DNA of 64,000 nucleotides from Bacilli bacterium (GTDB lineage Bacteria; Bacillota_I; Bacilli_A; RF39; UBA660): NCBI GenBank assembly GCA_017525035.1, contig JAFXTH010000005.1, positions 25 to 64,024 of the forward strand, read 5' to 3'. Shown piece by piece: positions 42,115 to 50,867 of this stretch (position 1 is its first letter; each line of letters starts with the position of its first letter). The notes under the pieces were generated by a model. It saw only the letters and a program-made list of their open reading frames with translations, ran no database searches and was not told where the DNA came from. The position numbers and the translations under genes were made by a program.

Positions 42115-43254
42115 ATGAAAGCATTAAAACATACAGATAAAGTTTTATTAATTGTCAGTATCTTACTTTTTTCGATTGGGTTAATTATGATATTTTCAGC
42201 ATCCAATATAGCAGCATTTATGAGATACCATAAGACACCATATAACTTTCTATTTAAGCAAGGGGGAAGTTTAATAATTGGAGGATTATTTGTTTTCTTA
42301 CCAATTATTAATATGCATACAAAAACTATTAGTGCATTATCGTGGCTTGCTTTGATAGTTAGTTTATTTTTACTAGCATTTGTATATTTCTTTGGGCCAA
42401 TAATAAATGATGCCCGAAGTTGGATTAGCCTAGGGCCAATATCATTTCAACCAAGTGAACTTGTAAAAGTAGTCTTAATTGTGTGGTACGCTGCATACTT
42501 TGAATTAAAGCGAAAACAATTAAATGAAATGAGGACAAGCATATTCCCATTATGTGTATCACTTTTCTTTGCATTCTGGATTGTATTACAACCAGACTTT
42601 GGAACAGCAGGAATAATCGTATTAATGTCATTTATGTTATATTTCTTAATACCAGTAAAAATGACGCAAAAGTTAAAGATAATAGGTGGCTTTGGGGGAG
42701 CACTATTAATTGTAATAATGGGATATTACATATTTAATACATCATCACTTCAAAGACAAATTTCAAGATTTGATTATAGATATCCTTGCAGTGAAGAAAA
42801 ATTCTATACAACCGGAAATCAAGTATGTAATTCTTATATTGCTTTTAACAATGGTGGTCTATTAGGTAAAGGTTTAGGTAATAGTACTCAAAAATATTTG
42901 TATCTTCCTGAATCACATACAGACTTTATATTTGCTATAGTAGTAGAAGAATTAGGATTTTTAATGTCTACTGGAATAATACTTTTATATGGTATATTAA
43001 TATGGCGTATTATTAAAATTGGAAAAGAAAGTTCAAGTAGTCGTGGATCAATAATGTGTTATGGTGTTGCCATATACATATTCTTACATACAATAATTAA
43101 CTTATTAGGTATAATGGGCGTATTACCATTAACTGGAGTACCTTTACCATTCTTGAGCTATGGTGGTACATTCACATTATGTATCATTGGGGCACTTTCA
43201 ATTGTACAAAGAGTTGCAATAGAAACAAAAGAAAAAAAGTTAGTAAAATCTTAA
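42115..43254 (+). CDS. FtsW/RodA/SpoVE-family SEDS peptidoglycan glycosyltransferase
   Basis: 10-TM profile. SLGPISFQPSELVK, QPDFGTAG, PESHTDFIFA and PFLSYGGT motifs. Confidence 0.85.
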   Translation: MKALKHTDKVLLIVSILLFSIGLIMIFSASNIAAFMRYHKTPYNFLFKQGGSLIIGGLFVFLPIINMHTKTISALSWLALIVSLFLLAFVYFFGPIINDARSWISLGPISFQPSELVKVVLIVWYAAYFELKRKQLNEMRTSIFPLCVSLFFAFWIVLQPDFGTAGIIVLMSFMLYFLIPVKMTQKLKIIGGFGGALLIVIMGYYIFNTSSLQRQISRFDYRYPCSEEKFYTTGNQVCNSYIAFNNGGLLGKGLGNSTQKYLYLPESHTDFIFAIVVEELGFLMSTGIILLYGILIWRIIKIGKESSSSRGSIMCYGVAIYIFLHTIINLLGIMGVLPLTGVPLPFLSYGGTFTLCIIGALSIVQRVAIETKEKKLVKS

Positions 43255-43289
43255 TGAATGAATAATAATCTCCTTAGGGAGGTTTTTTT

Positions 43290-43862
43290 ATGAAAAAATA
43301 TTTAGACATAATTTACTATAATAGAAAGGAAATAATAATTGTCATAATAATGCTTTTAGGATTTCTTTCATTAAACTTTTTAAATAAGAAAGAAGAACCA
43401 AAGATAATAGAAAACACCACTGAAGAAAAAGAAGAGATAGATACAATCGTCATAGACATTAAAGGAGAAGTTAATAATCCAGGTAGCTATGAAATAGAAA
43501 ACGGAAAGAGGATTAAAGATGCGATAGAAAAAGCAGGTGGATTAAAGAGTACTGCTAATATAGAAAATATTAATTTAAGCGAAAAACTACAAGATGAGAT
43601 GTTAATTATTATTCCAAATAATGAAGAACAAATACAAGAAAAACAAGAAAATAAATATGAAGTAAAAGACTCTAAAATATCAATTAATAATGCCACAGCA
43701 AATGAATTAACAACAATAAGCGGAATAGGTAAGTCAAAAGCTCAAAGCATAGTGGAATATAGAAATAAAAATGGCAAGTTTAATAAATTAGAAGATATTA
43801 CTAAAGTTTCAGGAATAGGTATTAAAACATTTGAAAAAATTAAAAATTATATTAAACTCTAA
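43290..43862 (+). CDS. comEA: Competence protein ComEA (SLBB plus tandem helix-hairpin-helix DNA receptor)
   Basis: N-terminal TM. IDIKGEVNNPGSYEIENGKRIKDAIEKAGG (SLBB). INNATANELTTISGIGKSKAQSIVEYR...VSGIGIKTFEKIK (HhH). Confidence 0.85.
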   Translation: MKKYLDIIYYNRKEIIIVIIMLLGFLSLNFLNKKEEPKIIENTTEEKEEIDTIVIDIKGEVNNPGSYEIENGKRIKDAIEKAGGLKSTANIENINLSEKLQDEMLIIIPNNEEQIQEKQENKYEVKDSKISINNATANELTTISGIGKSKAQSIVEYRNKNGKFNKLEDITKVSGIGIKTFEKIKNYIKL

Positions 43863-45804
43863 TTCTTTCCTTATCTTTCTTCTATTTATATCTTTAATAT
43901 CATTAATAAGGATGAAAACTAAAACCAGTATTGATATATCAAAAAAAGACTTTATATGTACAGTAACAAGTGTATCAAGTACTAAAATGAATTTAAATTG
44001 CAACGAAGAAGTTGAAACAGATATAATTGAAAATATTGAAGTAGGGGATATATTAAAGATTAATGGTACTTTAGAAGAATATAGCAAAAATACCAACTTT
44101 AATTTGTTTAACTATAAAAAATACCAAAACATAAGAGGAATATTCTATAAGTTAAATATTAACAAATATCAAGTAATAGATAAAAGTAGTAATATAGTTT
44201 TAACCATAAAAAGAATAATAAAGAATAGGATATCTAGTCTAAAGAGTAAGAATTATTTAGAATCATTTATTCTAGGAGATAAGTCATATATTTCTAAAAA
44301 CCAAAAAGATATATACACAGCACTAGGAATAATACATATATTTGCCATATCAGGAATGCATATATCAATACTTATTGAATTAATAAATAAAGTTAATAAA
44401 AAAAATAATATAAGAAAGAGTATATTCACATATATATTACTCTTTTTATATTATTTATTAATTAAAAGTATTTCTTTACTAAGATCAATGATATTTATAA
44501 TAACAAAAGATTTAAATAAATATTTCAACCTAAATCTATCAAAGTACAGAATAATAGCTATTTCTATATTATTAATAATCATATTAAGACCATATGCAAT
44601 ATATGAAGTTGGTTTTTATTATTCATCTATAATTAGTATAGGAATACATTTACAAAGTAGAAGATTAAATAGAATAAAAAACAAAGTATTAAAAATAGTA
44701 TATATATCTTTTATTGCATTTATCTTATCACTACCATTAAATATTTATTTGTATTACGAAATTAATTTATTATCTATTCTTTATAATATAATTTTAGTTC
44801 CCTTAATATCTGTATTTATATTTCCGTTATCTTTAATAACATTTATATTTCCCATATTTGATGATATCCTATGTTTCTTAATTAATATATTTGAATTTAT
44901 TACAAGTATATTATCATCAATAAACACATTCATAATACTTGCCAAACCACCGATAATAGTTATAATCATTTATTATATTTTAATAACAGTAGTACTTATT
45001 AAACCTAAAATAACATACCTGTTATTATTAGTCATATTAATACACAAAAATATAAATGATATAATGCCTACTACTTATGTGCTTGTATTAGATGTAGGAC
45101 AAGGGGATGCTATTTTGGTGCATGACTATAAATCTAATATATTAATAGATACTGGTGGTAATAAGAATAGTAGTTATGACATATCAAATAACATTACAAT
45201 TAAGGTATTAAAATCTTTTGGGATAGATAGACTGGATTACTTAATATTAACTCATGGTGACTTTGATCATATGGGTGAAGCTATTAATTTAGTTAGTGAC
45301 TTTAAAGTAGAGAATGTAATTTTTAATTGTGGAGAATACAATGACTTAGAAAAAGAATTAATAAAAGTATTAAACGACAAAAGTATAGAATACTATTCAT
45401 GCATTAATAGATTAAACAATTTTCATTTTCTACAAACGAGAGAATATAATAATGAAAATGATAATAGTAATGTTATTTATACAGAGTTAAAAGGATATAA
45501 ATTTATGTTCATGGCAGATGCATCAACTACTACTGAAAAAGAAATATTAAATAAATATAATTTATCAAATATAGATGTATTAAAAGTAGGACATCATGGA
45601 TCTAAGACAAGTAGTAGTAAAGATTTTATCAATAAGATTAAACCAAAATATTCAATAATTAGTGTAGGTAAGAATAATAGATATGGGCATCCCAATAAAG
45701 AAGTATTAGAGAATTTAAAAGAATCTAAAATATATAGAACAGATCAAAATGGTAGTATTATGCTCAATATTAAAGATAATAAATTAAAAATAGAAACAAT
45801 ATAA
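43831..45804 (+). CDS. comEC: DNA internalization competence protein ComEC/Rec2 (channel plus MBL-fold domain)
   Basis: Polytopic competence domain (IIHIFAISGMHISIL) and C-terminal metallo-beta-lactamase fold (LDVGQGDAILV, THGDFDHMG, KVGHHGSKTS). The N-terminal start is uncertain. Confidence 0.85.
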   Translation: MKKLKIILNSNSFLIFLLFISLISLIRMKTKTSIDISKKDFICTVTSVSSTKMNLNCNEEVETDIIENIEVGDILKINGTLEEYSKNTNFNLFNYKKYQNIRGIFYKLNINKYQVIDKSSNIVLTIKRIIKNRISSLKSKNYLESFILGDKSYISKNQKDIYTALGIIHIFAISGMHISILIELINKVNKKNNIRKSIFTYILLFLYYLLIKSISLLRSMIFIITKDLNKYFNLNLSKYRIIAISILLIIILRPYAIYEVGFYYSSIISIGIHLQSRRLNRIKNKVLKIVYISFIAFILSLPLNIYLYYEINLLSILYNIILVPLISVFIFPLSLITFIFPIFDDILCFLINIFEFITSILSSINTFIILAKPPIIVIIIYYILITVVLIKPKITYLLLLVILIHKNINDIMPTTYVLVLDVGQGDAILVHDYKSNILIDTGGNKNSSYDISNNITIKVLKSFGIDRLDYLILTHGDFDHMGEAINLVSDFKVENVIFNCGEYNDLEKELIKVLNDKSIEYYSCINRLNNFHFLQTREYNNENDNSNVIYTELKGYKFMFMADASTTTEKEILNKYNLSNIDVLKVGHHGSKTSSSKDFINKIKPKYSIISVGKNNRYGHPNKEVLENLKESKIYRTDQNGSIMLNIKDNKLKIETI

Positions 45805-45808
45805 TTTG

Positions 45809-45817
45809 TGATATAAT
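45809..45817 (+). promoter_or_regulatory. Extended -10 promoter element (TGaTATAAT)
   Basis: TGATATAAT immediately after the comEC stop, inside a short tgtgat/atcaca hairpin. Confidence 0.4.
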
Positions 45818-45828
45818 CATCACAGGAG

Positions 45829-46449
45829 ATGATTATTGTGTATTGTGACGTAAATGACGAAAAATCAAATCAGAAATTTATTAGTTTTGATGATTATTCA
45901 GTAAGCGAAAGAGTATATAGTTATGATGAAGCAATAAAATTGCAAGAAGTATTTAGTGATCAAGGTTTTTTTGTTGACGAATCTATAGCACAAGCAATTT
46001 CCGAGTTGAATAGAAAAGGATACATTACTAAGTATTGTTGTAGTGGACATCTTTTTAAAGATAGACAACCTATTAGAGTTGAGGAAAAGAAAGAAATTTT
46101 AGAATTACTTCCTAAAAGAAAAGAACACCTTATTCCAAAAAAAGGGTACATTGAAATTTCTGAAGATGATGAAAAATATACATTTTTATATAATGGTGCA
46201 TGCAGTATGCCCTATGTTGCATTTGCTGAAGGAGTAGAAATAGATAGTATTCCTGAAGGCTTTTACTTGGATCCTGAGGAATCTGCTTATGTTATACGTG
46301 CTGAAGTAGAATGTTGTACTGATGAAGGAAGTGGACCTAGATTTATTAGTGACGATGAAGCAAGAGAAGGTTTGCGTCAAATAAGTAGAAATTTGCAAGA
46401 ATGGGCCAATACTTTACCTTATAAAAAAACAGCGTCAGTTCGAAAATAA
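45829..46449 (+). CDS. Island module 1, gene a: hypothetical 206 aa Cys-rich protein
   Basis: No recognisable family. Shares the motif DE....A...L......I..Y...GH (VDESIAQAISELNRKGYITKYCCSGH) with the 48331 protein. An alternative GTG start at 45838 has better spacing to GGAG. Confidence 0.55.
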   Translation: MIIVYCDVNDEKSNQKFISFDDYSVSERVYSYDEAIKLQEVFSDQGFFVDESIAQAISELNRKGYITKYCCSGHLFKDRQPIRVEEKKEILELLPKRKEHLIPKKGYIEISEDDEKYTFLYNGACSMPYVAFAEGVEIDSIPEGFYLDPEESAYVIRAEVECCTDEGSGPRFISDDEAREGLRQISRNLQEWANTLPYKKTASVRK

Positions 46450-46460
46450 ATTAAATGTTA

Positions 46461-46469
46461 TGATATAAT
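46461..46469 (+). promoter_or_regulatory. Extended -10 promoter element (TGaTATAAT)
   Basis: TGATATAAT 20 nt upstream of ATG 46489. Confidence 0.4.
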
Positions 46470-46488
46470 ATTATTAGGATGTGATTAT

Positions 46489-47382
46489 ATGCCAAATGAA
46501 TTAATGATTAAATTACAGCATTTTTTTGAAGCAGATGTAAGAGTAAAAAGAGAAATGTATGTAATGGCACCACCTAATGCTTGTGAAGCAGTTGATGAAG
46601 AATCTATTAAAAAATATGCAGATAATGCATATGAGTCATTGTTATATATTTATAGTGAACTAAAAAGAATTGCTATAGATATATTTGGAAGTGATTCAAT
46701 CGTAATTAATAGAATAATGTACTTGGAAGAAGCATCGAAAAAAGCATTTACAGCCTGTGGCCTTGATATTAGTAAATTGCGTTGGTTCCACGAAAACTAT
46801 GTCAGCAATTTGAGATTAGAGTTTCTCAATCTAGTTAAAAATGAATGCTTTGGATACATTGATATAGATACAGGACTTATAGCACAACAGACTACATCAG
46901 CAGATGAGATGTTACATTTTATTCATTACTATGTATTAAATAACGATACACTTTTACATGCACTTCCTGTTATTGATCAAAAGAAAAATGCTTTTGATCA
47001 GCCAATAGTATTAAGAGGAACACCTGCTCCGATGTTTGAGGAATTATATAAATCATTTCCACTTGATATGTTTGTTGGATATACTGATATGGTTATTATT
47101 GATGAACATAAGTTAATAATGATGGTTAGAGATTTAGGACATGCTTTAACAATAGAAATAACCTTAAAGGGACAAACAGCAAGACTTGAATATTTTATAC
47201 CAAAAGTATGTAATGTAGATATGGTAAATAAATTGCCAGGAGTTAATAAAGTAAAGGGTGATATGGAAAGAACAACTGGCGCAACTGAAGTAGATGTTAG
47301 CACTTTACCACAGTCACTATTTAAATTTATTTCTATGGTACCATCAGATAGTGATATGGTTTTAAAACCACCTACATTTTAA
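46489..47382 (+). CDS. Island module 1, gene b: hypothetical 297 aa protein
   Basis: No recognisable family. Motifs IVLRGTPAPMFEELYKS and FVGYTDMVIIDEHKLI are echoed in the 49050 protein. Confidence 0.55.
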   Translation: MPNELMIKLQHFFEADVRVKREMYVMAPPNACEAVDEESIKKYADNAYESLLYIYSELKRIAIDIFGSDSIVINRIMYLEEASKKAFTACGLDISKLRWFHENYVSNLRLEFLNLVKNECFGYIDIDTGLIAQQTTSADEMLHFIHYYVLNNDTLLHALPVIDQKKNAFDQPIVLRGTPAPMFEELYKSFPLDMFVGYTDMVIIDEHKLIMMVRDLGHALTIEITLKGQTARLEYFIPKVCNVDMVNKLPGVNKVKGDMERTTGATEVDVSTLPQSLFKFISMVPSDSDMVLKPPTF

Positions 47383-47383
47383 A

Positions 47384-47414
47384 ATAAAAAAATGAGTAAT
47401 TTACTCATTTTTAT
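47384..47414. terminator. Bidirectional Rho-independent terminator
   Basis: aaaaaaa-atgagt-aatt-actcat-ttttatttt between convergent genes. Confidence 0.75.
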
Positions 47415-48210
47415 TTTGCTTAGTATAATCAATAGATAAGTCATTAACAAGTTCAAAACGATGACTCTGTTTAGTAATATTATCTTTACGATTAGCATCT
47501 ATTTCTTCAAAAAACATTTTAGCAGGTCTTGCCCAAATGTTTGAATCTTCACGATCATACAAATTTTTATAAATTATTGTATATTCTTTAGTTTCTGAAT
47601 CCATGCATATATCTTCTATATAATAGTAATTACCTTTAAAGTGTCTTACTACTTTACCTATATAATCTGAATATATCATTGATCCTTGACGTCCATCTTT
47701 ATTTTGATAACTTGCTTTAGTCTGATTAGAATATAAATGTTTTTCTTTTACTTTCTTATCAAGTTTTTCAAAGATTACTTGCGCTATTTGAATCTTTGGA
47801 GTAATAACATATGAATTTATTGAATTATTAGTTACTGTTAAATTAAGCTTTCCTTTAAAACCAGGATTTAAATGTTGTGTAGCAATAGTTAAACCTAAAC
47901 GATTAAGAGATGTTCTACCACGAATAGAACCACATATATTGTTTGGTATATTAAACGCATCTTCTAAAACAACTAATATTGTTTCACCAGGTTCAATTGT
48001 ATATCCTTCAGTAATATTTACTTCTTCATACATATCGTTTAATTCTTGAGCATCAATAAAAGAAATTGGTTTCTTATTCTTCTTGAATTTCAATATATAT
48101 TTATCTATAGTTACGTCATAAGATGAAGAATGAATGTTTTGATAATTTGCATTTTCAACTAAAATATTTTTTGACATTAATTTTTTGATTGTATTATAAC
48201 CTAAAACCAT
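47401..48210 (-). CDS. dCTP deaminase/dUTPase-superfamily domain fused to a C-terminal DUF1653-like domain
   Basis: N-terminal ~165 aa: SSYDVTI, IEPGETILVVLEDAFNIP, GRTSLNRLGL, LNPGFKGKLNLTVTN, IAQVIFEKL. C-terminus: VVRHFKGNYYYIEDICMDSETKEYTIIYKNLY...IWARPAKMFFEEI. Start is ATG 48210 (an in-frame GTG lies at 48219). Confidence 0.7.
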   Translation of the reverse strand: MVLGYNTIKKLMSKNILVENANYQNIHSSSYDVTIDKYILKFKKNKKPISFIDAQELNDMYEEVNITEGYTIEPGETILVVLEDAFNIPNNICGSIRGRTSLNRLGLTIATQHLNPGFKGKLNLTVTNNSINSYVITPKIQIAQVIFEKLDKKVKEKHLYSNQTKASYQNKDGRQGSMIYSDYIGKVVRHFKGNYYYIEDICMDSETKEYTIIYKNLYDREDSNIWARPAKMFFEEIDANRKDNITKQSHRFELVNDLSIDYTKQNKNE

Positions 48211-48234
48211 CCCTGTCACTCGCTTTCATAAGTT

Positions 48235-48243
48235 ATTGTATCA
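48235..48243 (-). promoter_or_regulatory. Extended -10-like element (TGaTACAAT) for the Dcd-like gene
   Basis: Reverse complement of attgtatca, about 25 nt upstream of the start. Confidence 0.35.
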
Positions 48244-48302
48244 TATAATAATAATCATAACAAAGCATAAAATTAAGATATTAAATAAAAGAAGAAAAAT
48301 TA

Positions 48303-48311
48303 TGGTATAAT
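48303..48311 (+). promoter_or_regulatory. Extended -10 promoter element (TGgTATAAT)
   Basis: TGGTATAAT 20 nt upstream of ATG 48331. Confidence 0.45.
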
Positions 48312-48330
48312 ACTTATAGAGGATAGATAT

Positions 48331-49053
48331 ATGGCAAGAGACACAAGAATAAAAGATATTAAAATTATTAGAACAGGATTAGAAAATAGTGAAGAAGAAG
48401 AGAAATACTTTGCAAAGACTGGGAATGAATCCTGTATTCCATTAAATCGTGATTACATACCTTTGTATGCTGATGAACCATGTGTAGAAGCTTGTCAATT
48501 ATTATATGACCTTAATATACAAACTTATACCTCAGGTGGTCATGTTGATGGCAAAGAAAACGCAACAAGTGAGGCCTTCATTGGAATTGTTTATGACAGT
48601 TTAAGCGAAGAAAATAAACAAATTGTACGAAAGTTAATTGAAAAAGGTCTAATTGATGAAATTACAGATGCTCGTGGAAGAGGAATACATGTTTTTTCAA
48701 TTACTGTTCCAATAACTAGTGACTCATTAGTAGGTGAAGTAAGTGACCAGTTGGTTGCTATTGCAAGTTTATTTAGACAACAAGATGTACTATATGGCAA
48801 AGCAACACTTGAAGAGATCAAAGATAGAGCATTAACTAAAGATAAATATGAAGATCACCTTTATTATGATACACTAACGCTAGATCCTGTTAGAGATGAT
48901 GAGATAGAGAAAATAGAAGCAATAAGACAAAATTATGCAGATGAAGTTTGCTCAACTATGTTTACTGAAGACGGGGTTGTCTTTTATGTATCAGAAGATT
49001 TGTTACATAAACATCAAGAATACGTAAAACAAAATAAGGGTGTAGAATTATGA
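48331..49053 (+). CDS. Island module 2, gene a: hypothetical 240 aa protein
   Basis: No recognisable family. ADEPCVEACQLLYDLNIQTYTSGGH matches the motif of the 45829 protein. RBS AGAGGA. Confidence 0.55.
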   Translation: MARDTRIKDIKIIRTGLENSEEEEKYFAKTGNESCIPLNRDYIPLYADEPCVEACQLLYDLNIQTYTSGGHVDGKENATSEAFIGIVYDSLSEENKQIVRKLIEKGLIDEITDARGRGIHVFSITVPITSDSLVGEVSDQLVAIASLFRQQDVLYGKATLEEIKDRALTKDKYEDHLYYDTLTLDPVRDDEIEKIEAIRQNYADEVCSTMFTEDGVVFYVSEDLLHKHQEYVKQNKGVEL

Positions 49054-50195
49054 TAAAACGTGAAAAGCAAGGAAAAATATATCATTTTAATCCAGAATTA
49101 ATAAATAACATACTTGCACTAATCAAAAACCCTAATAGTTTTTCAATTGATAACTGCACAAAAGAACAATTAGCAACATTGATGGATGCAATAGCTAATT
49201 TTTTAGACAAAATTAGACCAGAAGAGGTAACGGTAACTGTTGAAGAACACGAAACAGAAGAACAAGCAAGAGAGTATTTTGGAGAAGAATTTATCACAGA
49301 ACTAAATGGTTTAATTACTAAAATGGATAAAGAAGAAACAATTGTTTCAATTCATGGTGCTCCTTTATCAGCATGTGAAACAATTTGTGAAACAGGAGTT
49401 CATTATAAAAGTCCACAAATCAGATCAATAGCTGTGCCACAAAAAGCAGAATTTGGACAAAAACCAGTTGAACTTGATAGTTTTGAAAGTTTATTGAACT
49501 GGAGCCACAAGCAGCGCAAAGGACTAGTATTAATTGCAGTTCCGTATGAATGTTACTATAAAGAAGGATTATGGGAACATTTTTCAGATGAAGAATATGG
49601 GTATCGTATAAGACCAGAATTTATTGTAGGATATATCGATGTTGAAAATAAAAAAATTGTATTGAATCCAAGATATAAAAGAGATCACGATTATTCAGGC
49701 CTTGAACCAGATTCTGAAATATTCCATAAAAATGATAAATTGAATAATGACTCTGTTGCAGAAATAATGATTGAAACTTCAAAGTGGATAGCAGAATTAA
49801 AAAAAGAAGAAGAGCAAAAAGAGAAAGTCGTAGAAGAAACAGATGAAATAAAAGACTCTGATTTAAGGGAAGAAGAATTAGATGATAAAGTTGAATCTTT
49901 AATGCGTATCTTTAATGGCATTACCCATAGTGATGAAACAAGCATGTCAGAAGAAAAATATAAACAGATGATTAGAGATTTAAAGGAAATTACAAGCCTA
50001 TTTGTTAAAGTTTTGCCAAAGCTTCCAACAGAAGAAGAAATGCGAAAGTTAGTTGAACAGCAAAGCCAATTTCCATTTGTAGAAATGCCACAACATGAAG
50101 CACAACAAGAACAAGCTTTTGACTTTGATCCTGATGAATACTTTAAGAACGAAGAATGGGCTTTCAAAGACGAAGGTCAACAACCAAAATTTTAA
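49050..50195 (+). CDS. Island module 2, gene b: hypothetical 381 aa protein with an acidic coiled-coil C-terminus
   Basis: ATGA overlap with the upstream gene. RBS AAGGGTG. Motifs IVSIHGAPLSACETICETG and FIVGYIDVENKKIV echo the 46489 protein. Confidence 0.55.
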   Translation: MIKREKQGKIYHFNPELINNILALIKNPNSFSIDNCTKEQLATLMDAIANFLDKIRPEEVTVTVEEHETEEQAREYFGEEFITELNGLITKMDKEETIVSIHGAPLSACETICETGVHYKSPQIRSIAVPQKAEFGQKPVELDSFESLLNWSHKQRKGLVLIAVPYECYYKEGLWEHFSDEEYGYRIRPEFIVGYIDVENKKIVLNPRYKRDHDYSGLEPDSEIFHKNDKLNNDSVAEIMIETSKWIAELKKEEEQKEKVVEETDEIKDSDLREEELDDKVESLMRIFNGITHSDETSMSEEKYKQMIRDLKEITSLFVKVLPKLPTEEEMRKLVEQQSQFPFVEMPQHEAQQEQAFDFDPDEYFKNEEWAFKDEGQQPKF

Positions 50196-50268
50196 AAAAG
50201 TGGTAACATTTTTAATCATTTATACATAATATATAATAGGCACTCCTAGGGAGTGTTTACATAGATTA

Positions 50269-50289
50269 AGAGTGGGCCCACTCTTTTTT
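50269..50289 (+). terminator. Rho-independent terminator
   Basis: Perfect 16-nt palindrome agagtgggcccactct followed by TTTTTT. Confidence 0.85.
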
Positions 50290-50291
50290 AT

Positions 50292-50320
50292 TTTACATTT
50301 ACACTGAAAAATGTTATAAT
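50292..50320 (+). promoter_or_regulatory. Sigma-A type promoter
   Basis: TTTACA (50292..50297), 17 nt spacer, TATAAT (50315..50320) with an upstream TG. Confidence 0.6.
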
Positions 50321-50354
50321 CAATATAACGCAAGAATGAAGGTGTAAGCAGAAA

Positions 50355-50867
50355 GTGTTATATGATTTTAAAATTGATAATGATAGAGAATACAAGAATA
50401 TTGTTGAAGATATATTAGACCATGAAGAATTTCAAAAAACAAAGGACATCAATCATCATGGTTTGAATAGATATGATCACTCTATTAGAGTTTCATACTG
50501 TTCATACAAATTAGCAAAATTATTACATATAGGATATGAAGAAGTAGCAAGAGCAGGATTATTGCATGATTTCTTTTTAGTAAATAACAAAGAGATGTCT
50601 GCAAAGGAAAAGATAAATACGTTAGTAAATCATCCTAAATATGCTAAAGCTTATTCTGAAAAATATTTTACTTTAACTGATAAAGAAAAAGATATTATCA
50701 CATCCCATATGTTCCCAATTGCTCTAACAGTACCAAAATATGCGGAAAGTTGGATAGTTAATCTTGTAGATGACTATATTACTATTAGAGAACAATTACA
50801 TGTTAAAAAAAGACAATTATTTAGATTTGCCAACTTTGTATTCGCACTCATATTAACAATTGATTAA
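50355..50867 (+). CDS. HD-domain (HDIG-type) phosphohydrolase
   Basis: HHGLNRYDHSIRVS and AGLLHDFF. GTG start 10 nt after AAGGTG. Confidence 0.75.
   Translation: MLYDFKIDNDREYKNIVEDILDHEEFQKTKDINHHGLNRYDHSIRVSYCSYKLAKLLHIGYEEVARAGLLHDFFLVNNKEMSAKEKINTLVNHPKYAKAYSEKYFTLTDKEKDIITSHMFPIALTVPKYAESWIVNLVDDYITIREQLHVKKRQLFRFANFVFALILTID

Noticed and set aside
50241-50257. Palindrome CACTCCTAGGGAGTG in the intergenic region after the island, considered as an operator or small RNA hairpin
   Set aside because: It is a single short hairpin with a 3-nt loop and no T-run, no partner site and no conservation evidence. The real terminator is the next palindrome (50269..50289).
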